Below, piece after piece: positions 39,138-51,090 of a stretch of 64,000 nucleotides of DNA. The notes beneath the pieces were generated by a model, which was given only the letters and a program-made list of their open reading frames with translations, searched no databases and had not been told where the DNA came from. Made by a program: the position numbers and the translations under genes. Every line of letters starts with the position of its first letter. Positions within the stretch are counted from its first letter, which is position 1. Source of the DNA: Utricularia gibba (lineage: Eukaryota > Plantae > Magnoliophyta); contig NEEC01000002.1 in the NCBI GenBank assembly GCA_002189035.1, positions 2,852,001-2,916,000 of the forward strand. The letters run 5' to 3'.

Positions 39138-40836
39138 TACTCTATCACCTACAAAGACTTCATCTTTATAACACGGACGACAAAGGGGAGAACTGCAAAA
39201 TCTTCTTGTATAGTGATGATGATAAGAACCACGAAAATGAAGATTCAGTAGCAAATGAGAGAGACTTAAAGCTGAGGGCACTGGGTAACTTTGGGATCTG
39301 TGAATTGCATTACTCTCGGAAAATTCAAATTTTTTAACCAATCCCCACAACAAGAATTGTCATTTGGGTCTGGGAAGGGTCAGCAGAGAGTAGTTAATTC
39401 ACTTTTTGCCCTGTAATTCTTTTCTCTCACAGTTCTATCATTGCAGCTGCCACTGTGGTTTTGGGTTCTGGGTATGGTCCAGGGGGTCATATGAATACAA
39501 CAAAAGTATACTGCAAAAGCAGCCAAATACTGTCAGGAAACGCAATTACAGGGAGGATGTGGACTTAACAGACAGAAGAAATCATTAGCTTCCAGTAAAT
39601 GGCGTTGGGCTTTCCAAAAACACATGTGAAATGGAAAGCATATTCAACTGATAAAACCATGCGGGTTATTAAAAGTAGGCAAATATTGAAAATCCAAAGA
39701 CTAAAAAGTCTGCCTTTCTTTGGAAGCTTGGCTGACTTCAAGGGTCCAATGCTTAAATTGTAGCTTGTATTACTTCACCTGCTTGAATTCAAGGGGCAAC
39801 ACAACTACTTTATTACCAACACAAAGGTTTAGAAGAAAAAAAAAAAACCTTATTTAAAACCATTTTCATTTTTATTTCTTACTTCAAAAAATAGAAAACC
39901 CATTTTGGAGAACAATTATTATTTTTACTTTTAAATTTTCGGATTTTTTTGGTTAGTTAATTTAGATTTTCTGAGTATTTTTTTTAAACCTAAATATATA
40001 GATATAAAAATAATCATACATCCATTCACGTATAAGGATAATATATGGATATAATTATACTAAATTGGTATAATTATACCTACAGGCTAAGAATCATAAT
40101 TTTATTAAATCCATTATAAATCAACTTTATATTTTCATATCAAATAACATCAAATGTTTATTCTTATTTTTCACATAGCTATATTCAAATAGATATGTAT
40201 TTGGAAATATTTCCATTTAATAACCATGCTATTTGATACATTTATTATTTTTTTATTATTTGAAATATATATCGATCAAACATAATTTTATTTAATTATA
40301 TAAAGTATATTTATTTAAATATAAAAAATTCAAATATATTATTAATTTACTAAGATGCCTACATCGAATTCGGCAGGGGCTGCGGGGTTCAATGGTTAGG
40401 CATTGACTACTCAACAAATCAAATTTTGGATTAGGACACATTGACATGGTTTTCAAATCAGATGGCATTGTTGGTGTTTCATTGTTCAAGTGAAAGCGAC
40501 GCTCAGAAACCCTAATTCAAACATGTGCATTATTGTATTTTAAAAAAAAAACTATATTACAATTATTATTATTTAATGAAAAGGGAAAACGGGCCAAGAT
40601 TCTAATTGGGCCTGTATAACCAAAACATCGGCCCAATAGTACTGTTGTATCCGGTAGGCCCAATATTAACCGAAATCGCTGTCCCCAGCGTTAACGGTCT
40701 CGTGCATTACGATGAGAAGGGGAGGCGTGCGGAAGTTGTAGCGCTGTGAAGTTCAAATGAACAGTAAGTGCGCTTTCTCTGGTATCTCTTCTTGTTCGCT
40801 TTACGGACTGCGGAGCTTACCCATGTTTGATGACTT

Positions 40837-41229
40837 GATAGAAGCTGGGGCTCTGTTTTGAGGAGTTGTAAGTTTCATCAAATGGAAGAAATTTGCAGGA
40901 GAGTCGGACAAAAGTTAGTTGATCTTGATCCTGAGAGTTCTTATGTTTGGCTCCAAGCTTCTGGATTTTATTCAGCTGTAGGCGTCGCGGATGCCCGAGT
41001 GTATTGCAGGAAAATTGCATTGGCAAGAGAGATTACTTGGGATATTTCTTACTACCGGTACTTAGGCGGTGCTAAACGGTTTAACCATCGTTCATTCAAC
41101 CCAGGTTTCGATTTCCATGGTTCAAATGGTGGGTTGAAAATATTGATGGTGACTATGATCTTGAGATCCAACAGTTTGGGCAATTTGCAAGTCGGAAAAC
41201 TCCCTAGAAGACGATGCCAAATCAACTGA
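40837..41229 (+). pseudogene. Orphan C-terminal fragment of a PLS-class PPR gene (E-domain region), ATG at 40882
   Basis: WGSVLRSCKFHQMEEICRRVGQKLVDLDPESSYVWLQASGFYSAVG matches the PPR consensus WGSLL.AC..H....G.R.A..L.ELEP......L.SN.Y...G; two in-frame stops immediately upstream; no PPR array. Confidence 0.65.
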
Positions 41230-42648
41230 AGGTATCATCCCATGATCTATATCTGGTTTTTGTGTCAACCAATTATTTATAACTTATTCATCTGCAATCT
41301 TGGTTGGTTGTTCCTTAACTGTTTTTTTATATTGCTTGATGTGAACTGATTGCTGGTTATTGCCGTGTCTTCTTCTGGTTTATCAGCTTTGATCTTGATG
41401 AACTGCAATCCGTTTTTCGCATTTGTTTTCCCGGAATACAACAAGCGCTTTTGCATAAACTCTAATCTGCGGAAAAATATCTGTACAGTTGGAGACTGGA
41501 GAAGCGAATTGAAAGAGGTAGATGTTGGCATTTCCAAGTGGAGTTGAAGCATCGTATCTGGTTACCGAACTGATGAAGAACGAGATGCCATCTTCAAATT
41601 ATATATTGCAGCTTAAATGAGGATTCTTCTCAATATAGGCACGTCTTTCATCATCTTTCTTTTTAGTGATTTGGATAAAAATAACAGATTTTTTTTTCGG
41701 CAGATTCCTTGCTTAAAGAAAGTAGGGGGTGAACTTTTATTTGGGGAGATGTATATGTTACATATTCTTAACTCCTTGTCACTCGAGTGCTGGGTAAAGC
41801 TTGTGTTGCGTTTTATATTGGTGTTAGTCTCGCATCACTGTTTCGCTGGACAACCTTATGTGCTTTCCTTAACAAAATCCTTGTTGCAGGGTTGATGCTG
41901 AAAGGTTAGAAGAAGGTTACCAAGATCGGCCCGCCTAGTAGTTCAGTTGATTTTCAGCCTAGAGGAGGAGAAGTTAAATACACTTTGAAGGAAATTTCCC
42001 TGGGAGCTGGGAGCAAGGGGAGTTTCAGGCTTTCAGCTATAGCTGCTTCTTTGCGGTTAGTCTCTTCCGGATGCTTGAGCTAGAACATGCAGCTTGGTCT
42101 AAGTTTTATGCTGCAGACATCTCTCTTAGCTCCGTGTCTGATAGCTCTAAACTGCCACTGCTTTGGAGCTTTGTGATGCAGTTGATATAAACAAAAGAAG
42201 TGTGGATCAGGACCCTTAATGCATATCGAAGTTCATCTAATTCTAGAATGCTCCAGCAGCTGAACCTTGCAGTTGATCTAATTTTCAGAGAGAACGAAGA
42301 ATGAAGCTAGAAGTGCATCCCAGAACCTAACGCGGCACAGATCTCAGATTCCGTGGTAAATCTTTTTTACTGTTGTTAAAATTTTGGAGTTTGTACTTTC
42401 TTATAAGTTAGGTGGGGACTTTTGGAGTGCAGAAGTAACATGGAGTGTCTGGCTACGGAAAATTCTGAGAACCGCGAACACCCACATAAAAGGAAACTAG
42501 AAAACGTGCTACTGCTGCTACTCACCGGTCTGGTAACTCGAGCTAGCCCCCCGGAATCACATCCAACTGCCAAGTCCCTAGCTAATCTCTGGAGGCTTCA
42601 TATACATAACCTGCCTCTTGTATCAGCATCCCTGTCCCTTGTCTCGCC

Positions 42649-44033
42649 ATGGCTACCTTCATTGAAAAACTTCAAGTGGCTCCGCCTCCCGCCGCAGCTC
42701 CAGAGCAATTCCTCCCGCTGACTTTCTTTGACATTCATTGGTTGCCCTTCCCACCAATTCGCCGCCTTTTCTTCTACGAGCTTCCCTGCTGCTCCAAGCC
42801 ATACTTCCTGGATACCATAGTTCCTATGCTTCGGAGCTCACTCTCCCTCACCCTCAAACACTTCTCTCCCCTTGCGGGTAGGATTGTTTACCCCTTGAGC
42901 TCCGGCAACGCCAAGCCGGCTATACGATATGTTCCGGGCGACTCCATTTCCCTGTCAGTCTTTGTGTCCGATAAGGATTTCGATGCTCTAGTGGGTCACC
43001 ACTCCAGGGATTGCGACCAGTTTTACGAATTGATCCCGGTGTCGCCTCCTGTGATACAGGAATCTGATCGGAAGTTGCTCCAGGTTCTGGCACTGAAAGT
43101 GACGTGTTTTCCTGGCAGGGGAATATGTATAGGCGTCGCCAATCATCATGCTGCTGGAGATGCCACGTCTATCGTCGGCTTTCTGAAATCCTGGGCTTCC
43201 GTCTGCAAACTCGGAGGGGACGACGGCGACGGCGACGGAATCTCATTCAAGCCATTGACGATCTTCGACAAGGCACTGATCAAGGACTCCGGCGATGTGG
43301 TTTCCGTATTCTGGAACAAGGTCAAGGAGAGGCCCTTTGAATCCGCCCCCTTTCCCTTACCGACAGGCAGAGTCCGGGCAACTTACACCTTCAGCCAACT
43401 GGATATCAAAAGGCTCAAAGATGCGATTGTCTCAAGAAGCCCGCCGGGTTTTCATCACATCTCATCCTTCGTGGTCACATCCGCTTACATTTGGACCTGT
43501 CTGGCACGTGCACTCGTACAGGACGAAGAAGGGGAAGTCGCAGACGACGAGCCTGAATACTTCTTGTTCTCCGGCGACTGCCGATCCCGCGTAGATCCTC
43601 CCCTCCCCCCAAACTACTTCGGCAACTGCTTAGTGTACGGGCTGGCGGAAGTCCGCCACAAGGATCTCGTGGGTGATGATGGGCTCTTCCAGGCGGCGGC
43701 ATCCATAGCTGATCAGATTACAAACAAGTTGAATAACAGAGAAAGACTGCTGAAGGGCGCTGAGAATTGGATGAGAGATCTCGGATCGGTTGTGCATAAA
43801 CGCATTCTGTCCATCTCCGGGTCAGCGAGAGTGGATCTTTATGGTCTGGATTTCGGGTGGGGTTCTGTCCGGAAGCTGGAGACGCTGTCAATCGACTCTC
43901 AGAAGCACTCCGTGTCGCTCTGCAGAGATAACCAGGGGGCCTGGAGGTTGGCTTGTCTCTGCCTCCAACCAAAATGGAGCTTTTCGCTGCCATTTTTGGT
44001 AAAGGGCCAAGCCCCTCGAATCCAGATCACTAA
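42649..44033 (+). CDS. BAHD acyltransferase, anthocyanin/phenolic-glucoside malonyltransferase clade; apparent -1 frameshift at 43935-43939 (uncorrected ORF ends 44100)
   Basis: HXXXD (NHHAAGD), clade motif NYFGNC, DFGWG; canonical C-terminus GLEVGLSLP..KMELFAAIF lies in the shifted frame. Confidence 0.92.
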
Positions 44034-44194
44034 CCCTCAAATTGTTCAGCTTTTTTTTCCATTCCTGTGTTCATTTTTTTTGTTCCTTTTTTCTTTTTAG
44101 AGAAACGGTGTCTTACATTGATAGTAAAATGATTCAATAATAGCTGCTAAATACAGTATCACGACTAGTGCTCGACTCTTGGAACTTGGAGGGC

Positions 44195-44587
44195 TTACGC
44201 ATTCGGAGCGAATCTAACATGTGATCTCGGTACACTGTTCTGCTGCTGCGGTGGCGGTGGCGGTGGCGGCTTACCCCAACCGGCGCCGGGAGCAGCATTT
44301 TTCACTAGACCGGACTCCAAATCCCTCACCTTCAGGATTGGTTTCTGGGTGGAGTCCCTCTCCTTGGTGCCCACATCCTGACTCTCCTGCTTCTCGCTCT
44401 TGGGCCGCCCCTCAGTCTCCTTACCGCCAGTGCTGCGGCGGCTGCAGAGACGCCCGGCCACACATGACAACACGGAGACGGCGGCGATCACGGCGAGGAC
44501 GATCAGGACGGGGCCGAAGGATCCGGGGGAGTGGGAAGAAGGTTGCCTTGGGATGGGATCAGGGGTTAAGAGTGCTGGCTGAGACAT
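44195..44587 (-). CDS. Small single-pass transmembrane protein, uncharacterised plant family
   Basis: ATG at 44587; hydrophobic segment SFGPVLIVLAVIAAVSVLSCVAGRLC followed by a basic, Pro-rich tail. Confidence 0.75.
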   Translation of the reverse strand: MSQPALLTPDPIPRQPSSHSPGSFGPVLIVLAVIAAVSVLSCVAGRLCSRRSTGGKETEGRPKSEKQESQDVGTKERDSTQKPILKVRDLESGLVKNAAPGAGWGKPPPPPPPQQQNSVPRSHVRFAPNA

Positions 44588-46982
44588 CTTCTCCACTTGG
44601 TAAATGGACAGGAGGAGGATGCTGCTATCAAGTGAAAGAAGACGTTGTTCTTAGAGTGGGAGCAAAGGAAGAAATAGGGGAGTGTTTTCCCATGCAAGAG
44701 AGGGATTTGTGGTTTCTTTGCAATGGAGGAACAACATTGTCTTTAGTGTTGTTTACACAATTTTTGTCCTTGTCTTGGTATTGTGATTTTAGAATATATT
44801 TTGAAATTGTTTGTACATTTTTTCAAATTTTAAATATTAATTATTTAGGGTACACTAGTTTTTTGTATATAGCATAATTTGGGATAACTTGTCGCAATGT
44901 TTTAAAATTTGCCACAAACTAGGGGTATGTTTTGAAATTATTTTTCATATTATGTAAAGTAAATGTAAAATTTAATATATGAAATTATTACATGAATTAA
45001 TGTTATAATATAACATATTTTTTAAATAGATAAAAATAACTAATATAATTTTTAATTAATGTCTTATTTAATTATCAAAATAAAAATTAATAAATTCAAT
45101 AATTTATTTAAACAATTTAAATCTATCTTGTAGGAAAAACAAATTCATTTAAAATTTGAGATTTTTTTAATATATTGGAACAACATGTGATAATATTATG
45201 CATTTTAATCTTTAGAATATAATACTTTTTAAAAAAAATTGAAGGTTTTTGAGTTAAATGGAAAATTCCAAATTTTGTCCTAAATTTCTTACATTAGTAT
45301 TAAGTGCCATCACATGTCCTGTTTTTTAATCAAATACTCGGTGTGTTAAACAACTAATTGCGTTCCATATGAGTTATCTCAAAAGAGATGAAGGATTCGT
45401 TTTAAGAATAATCATAGGTTATGGCATGTTTTGTTTACCTAATTTCATGAATTAAAGATGTTTAATTTTTAATTCTTTTATGGTAAAATCAGAAATTTAT
45501 ACTTTATAATTAAGTTCAGAAAACATTGAATTTATTAAATAAAAAATTAATTAAAAAATTGTATTATTTATTTGAAAAATATAGTTATATCATATCATTA
45601 AATATCATAATTTTAATATATTAAAATTTATAATATATAATTTTATTTCATTAAATTTTATAATATTAAATTAATTATATTCATATAATTTCAAAATTAG
45701 TTATATTTTACGTAATCTTAAGTTCAGATTCAAAATACAACTATCCCACATATAGATTAAATATTATTAATGGAAATGAACATTTTCCTCAAAAATATAA
45801 TATAAATGGTCATTTCCAAAGTCATCAAAAGAGAAATTGGAGTGTAAAAAACTAATAAATGAATCCAATCAAAATTTGATGGCTCCCCACTTGCTTTCAA
45901 GTACCCCAAATAGTTCAATTATGTTGATGATTAGTTGGAAAATTATTTGCAAAAATTGAAATTTTCGTAATTTTTTTGATTTTTTCGGAGTTTCATCCGT
46001 TTCCGCAGGATGGATTCTGCAGTGGAAGAGCATTGCAGCGCGGTCGCCGGCGTAAGCACTGGATCAGTCTCATCTGCATGAAGATCAGTTTCTCTCACAG
46101 CAAGCAAGGTTTCTTCCTTGATTCGTGCCTCTCTCCACGCTGCCACTTGTTGAATTCGTGATTAGGCTGCGGGTTTTTTGAGACAATCCTGATGAAAATT
46201 AGGGGTAACTCATTTTCAGTGTTAATTGTGTTTAATGTGGCATCGTCGTATCCACCGAGAGTGATCAAAGTGAATCCTGTTTGCGTATTCATAGGGTTGT
46301 TTCTTTGAGTCAGTCATTTTCTCGAGTTAACCGTCGCTTCTTTTCGTGTTCTGGTATGTCATACCACCTACCTGAAGAAGCAGCTCGGTCTATGGAAAGA
46401 AGACCAAAACAGTGACATGTTGTGGTTTTCCCTAAGCAAAGAATCTACGGAAAAAGACTACACTAAAGAAGCCATTCCAACTTTTGTTTTTGATTTCTTC
46501 TTTTCTTCTCTTTCAGCTTTTGTTTAAATGGTGGGTTTGCTTTTGTTTTTGTTTTATCGTGTGCAAATCACCCATCAGAGTAAATGTTTAAACTAAAGTT
46601 CGATATTCTCCTCCACTTTATGCATTTTGGGGAGTCGCAACATGCATACATGCTTGTGCAGTATAGTTGTTGGATGATCGAGGTGTGACAGATGATTAGA
46701 CGATCATTCATTTTTGCTTTTCTCATTGTGCAATTTTTTTCAAGAACATTGTATATAAGAACTTCAAGAATGAATTATCTGTACAATTGCCAGGATTAGT
46801 GTGAAGTAGGAGCTGATTTCGCTTTGAAAACTTCTGTTTCAACTTTTTAATCTGGAGAGGTGTCGTTACAAAGTGGAAAGTTTGAATCTTGGTGATTTTT
46901 GCAACAGATCCCTGATAAAATTCTCCTCACAAACGTCGGCTTAGAATACATACATAAGAAGACGCCAAAATTTGACTTGTTT

Positions 46983-47463
46983 TCAGCTTCTCAGTTTCTG
47001 CATGACCCGATCTGGTGCCTGGCGATAGTTGCCTTCTCTTCTGTTGCAATAGAAACAAGATTTAGTGCCTCTCTGCTTACTGAAACATCCATTTTTCATG
47101 ATTTCAGATGCAGAGAAGAGTAACTGGCAACTGGAAGAGAAAATCTAAAGAAGGCGCAGAAAACACCCAGATGCAAGTCCTGTTAACAACATGCAACAAA
47201 AGTGAAAAGGAAGTGTGAAGGAGATTCAGCCAGCCGCAGCTCCCTTTTTCAGTTTTTGTCATGCTAATAGACAAGGAGATGATCACTGTGCTTTGCAGGC
47301 TGGAATGGAGGGAGAAGAACCTGTTATGAACTGGGTCAGGTCCATTGGGAATCCTCCGTTTCTTCACGTGGCGGAGATTGACATAACCATTTCCAGCGGC
47401 CGTTGGGACCATCAACAAGCAAGTGATTCCTAGCAGCATCAGAATCCTGAAAAACAACTTCAT
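46983..47463 (-). CDS. CLE25: CLE25-like secreted peptide precursor (exons 47463-47321 and 47040-46983)
   Basis: Signal peptide MKLFFRILMLLGITCLLMV; VNLRHVKK-RRIPNGPDPVHN resembles CLE25 (VNLFHVSK-RKVPNGPDPIHN); intron directly after the CLE box, then tail RREGNYRQAPDRV. Confidence 0.85.
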
Positions 47464-47867
47464 CCCTGAGAGTTGGTGGTGTCTCGCGGAGGAGGTAAGG
47501 AATTCCAAGGCTTGCAGAGTACTACTTAAGTTTCTTTGTTGCTGCTTTAGTGGAAGTGAACTGCAGCTTATGGGATTGAGTGATTGGTGCTGTGGTCACC
47601 TTGTTGCTTTATATTGCAGGGCAATGCCCATCCCTCAAGTACGGTGATCCACTTTATCAGCTTTGTGTACTCTTCACGCACGCATATTGTAGTAGCAAAA
47701 GCTTTGTGGTGGGAATTAAACCATCTAAGTGATCTGATTTGATTCAAGTATATTAATCAGTTTTACACTTTTTGATCATTAATTCATGCGTATGCATATT
47801 TGTCAGGGATAGCAATCCACACCGCAACAGGGGTAAGAGTGAGGCAGAAAGAAACACGTGAAGTGAA

Positions 47868-47891
47868 AGATCCAGATCCAGATCCAGATCC
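47868..47891. repeat. (GATCCA)4 hexanucleotide repeat
   Basis: gatccagatccagatccagatcca. Confidence 0.9.
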
Positions 47892-48667
47892 AATGTAGAG
47901 TTGAAAGAAACTTCAGATACACCCTAGAAGAATGTCATGTACGTTAGGAGGAAGTTTCAGCAACCTAAGAGGGGTCTACCAGGAATAGACAAATCATTAG
48001 CTCACGACTCGTAGAAGGTCATCCTTTCCTGTAGTGTTGAGTGGTTTTGTGTTCTCTATATTTTGTGAGCTCTTCTTGGAGTCAGCATAGCTCCAACTAG
48101 TAAAACCAGGTATCATTTAGAAAATTGTATACTGTCACATTCTATTTTATAAATTTAGCTAAAAAAAATACATATAGGATGATCATTTTTTCATACAATA
48201 TTTAACACACAATCAAATTTTTAATTGATCCCTAAAACCAGCTTAGTTTCAATTCCTAGGAGGGATTTGGCAGAGGTTCCAGCTCCATTTTTTATTTTTA
48301 GCCCTTTTGTTCATTCAAAAAGCTTTCAACATAACAATCAAAATTGATTTAAATTATAACTTGTGGATGTAATGCCACAAGAATTAATTTGGCATTTTTG
48401 AAAAGTAGCCATTTTGATTTTATTTCTCACGCATTAATATCAATTTTTTTACAGATATGATGATTATTTTTATCGCGTACCAAAAATAGAATATTTAATT
48501 TTCTAATTTATTCAAATTTAAAATGGATGGGATGTGAACAAATTACTTGTTCTTTTTTTAGCAACTAATTTATTAAACTAAGTAGGATTAAATTTATGAC
48601 AGTGGGTCCTAATCAACTAATTTTTTAAAATAATTTATTTTGTTTTTCTTTGTGATAATTTCGCATC

Positions 48668-50478
48668 ATGGGAAGATCAGAATCATGGGTGTGGAGCGGG
48701 AGAGAGCGAAAATGTCTTTCGCTGCTCCAGTTGAGATCACATTGCATTGGAACTCTTCTGCAAATCCATGCCTTCATACTCCGAAACGCCCTCGATACCA
48801 ACCTGAACATCATCACCAAGCTGATCGCTTCTCTCGCGTCAGCCGACCCCAGGTATGGAACCCGCCACGCCCGCCATGTATTCGACCAAATGCCTCAACG
48901 GTCTGATGTTTTTTTCTGTAATACCATGATGAAATCCCACCTGTCCTCCGGTCAGTCCTCTGAGGCTGTCAATCTGTATGTACACTTGCGACGCTGGGAA
49001 AGCTTTGTTCCGGATAATTATACGTTTTCCACCATTGCCAAGTGCTGCGGTCTCGATCATTTGACGCGGGAAGGAATGGGCTTGCACGCTCATGTGGTAA
49101 GGTATGGGTTTTTCTCGAATCTTTATGTAGCGACGGCACTGGTTGATATGTACGGGAAGCTGGGAAGATGGATTTTTCGAGAAGGGTGTTTGATGAAATG
49201 GAGGAGAGAAGTTCTGTGTCATGGACTGCTCTTATCAATGGGTATATCAGATGTGGCGATATCGGCATAGCTCGTGCATATTTTGATTTAATGCCTGTGA
49301 ATGAGAAAGATTCTGCCACATTTAACGTTATGATTGATGGATACGTAAAGTTAGGGGATATGCCATCTGCGAAAACACTGTTTCATGCATCCGTAGAGAA
49401 AAATGTGGTGACTTGGACCAGCATGATGGATGGGTACTGTAACTGTGGAGATTTAGAAGAAGCAAGATTTTTGTTTGATGTAATGCCTAACAGAAACCTG
49501 TATTCTTGGAATGTGATGATAGGAGGATATTGCCGGAATAAGCAACCCCACAAAGCCGTCGCGCTGTTTCAAGAATTATTAGCATCGAAGTGTTTTAAGC
49601 CAGATGACGTTACAGTTGTTAGTATTCTTCCGGCAATTGCAGATGTAGGAGCTGTGGATTTGGGGAATTGGGTGTTTGAGTTTGTTACTAGGAACAATTT
49701 GGATACATCAGTGAATGTCACTACATCACTGGTTGACATGTTCGCTAAATGTGGAGCAATTGAGAAAGCGAGAAGAGTTTTTTATAATGTGAAGACAAGA
49801 TCCGCATGTACATGGAATGCACTGATTAATGGATTGGCCCTCAATGGGTGTCCTCTTGAGGCTTTGAAAGTGTTTCAAGAGATGCAAACCATGGGGTTCA
49901 AGCCAAATGAGATAACGATGCTTGGAGTTCTGTCTGCTTGTAACCATGGTGGTCTAGTTGAAGAAGGAAAATTGTGGTTCAGTAAAATGGCGGAGTTAAA
50001 CATCATTCCGAAAATTGAGCATTATGGTTGTTTAGTAGATCTATTAGGTAGGGCTGGACGTCTGGAAGAAGCTGAAGGGCTAATTCAGAGCATGCCTTAC
50101 GAGTCTAACGGAATAATTTTGAGTTCTCTGCTATTTGCTTGTGGCTATAGCAATGATGTCACTAGGGCTGAGAAGATAGCCAAGGAAGCTGTTAAAATGG
50201 AGCCACATAATGATGGCAACTACGTCATGTTGAGGAATTTATATGCCTGCGATAGAAGATGGAGAGATGTGGAGCACATCAAGAGATTGATGATGGTTAA
50301 AGGAGCTAAAAAGGAGGTAGGGTTTAGCACTATAGAGACCAATAATGAAGTTTTTGAATTTATTGCCGGTGACAACAAGCATCCACATGTGGAGAGGACA
50401 CAAATGATAATGGATCATCTACTGATACACATGAAATCCGAAGACCCCTTTCTTGAGATGTGTTTTTCTAACAGTTAA
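48668..50478 (+). CDS. PLS-class PPR protein with E domain, AHG11-like (organellar RNA editing factor); apparent -1 frameshift at ~49162-49166
   Basis: ERKCLSLLQ..LLQIHAFILRNALDTN; repeated ALVDMYGK/SWTALINGY and TSLVDMFAKCG/WNALINGLA motifs; E motif EPHNDGNYVMLRNLY; two overlapping ORFs join with one added base. Confidence 0.9.
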
Positions 50479-51090
50479 CATTACTAGAAAGAAGTGGCGA
50501 CCACCGTTGTCAACTTGCACTTAAAGATGCTAGAATGCCAGAACTCAGGGATTCACAGAACAGAGATATGGAGCAGATGATGTGACTAATCGCCTGAATC
50601 CAAGAATTTGCTACTGATCATTCTCTCATGGAAAGCAAGAAGCAAAAGTGAGTTGCTTCTTTCAAAACCAGAGCTACTTCAGCAGGAAGTATGAAGACAG
50701 ATAGCTGCAGGCAGGTTAATGGTTTAAACCCACACTGGCCTTTTATCTCTTGGATAGCAACTTAGCCTGCTTACGGGCTCCATGATGAAGATCACTCACT
50801 GATCAAGTACAGCAACGAGAGGAAATGATTACCAAACTTTGGTTGAACTGTAAATGAAAGAGTACGATTTGATACATCATTTTGGTAGGGGAGTTCTTTC
50901 AACCTGTCATCTGTTTATTTAAATGAACCGCATGATCCACCGCAACACATTTGGAAGTGGCAGTTAACAGAGATGACGACACATGGACCAGAATTTAGAA
51001 AAGGATGGTTAATCCTATTTTACTTTCCACACAATCAGACTAAACAACATTCTCTCAATCAACTTGAGGAGCAATTTTGTACTAGTTCCC

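Noticed and set aside
41570-41640. C/D snoRNA (TGATGA box)
   Set aside because: No matching D box or terminal stem at a plausible distance
45943-46400. Exon-like GC-richer segment downstream of CLE25
   Set aside because: Splice-like sites on both strands but no coherent ORF or homology; could be UTR or lncRNA, unsupported
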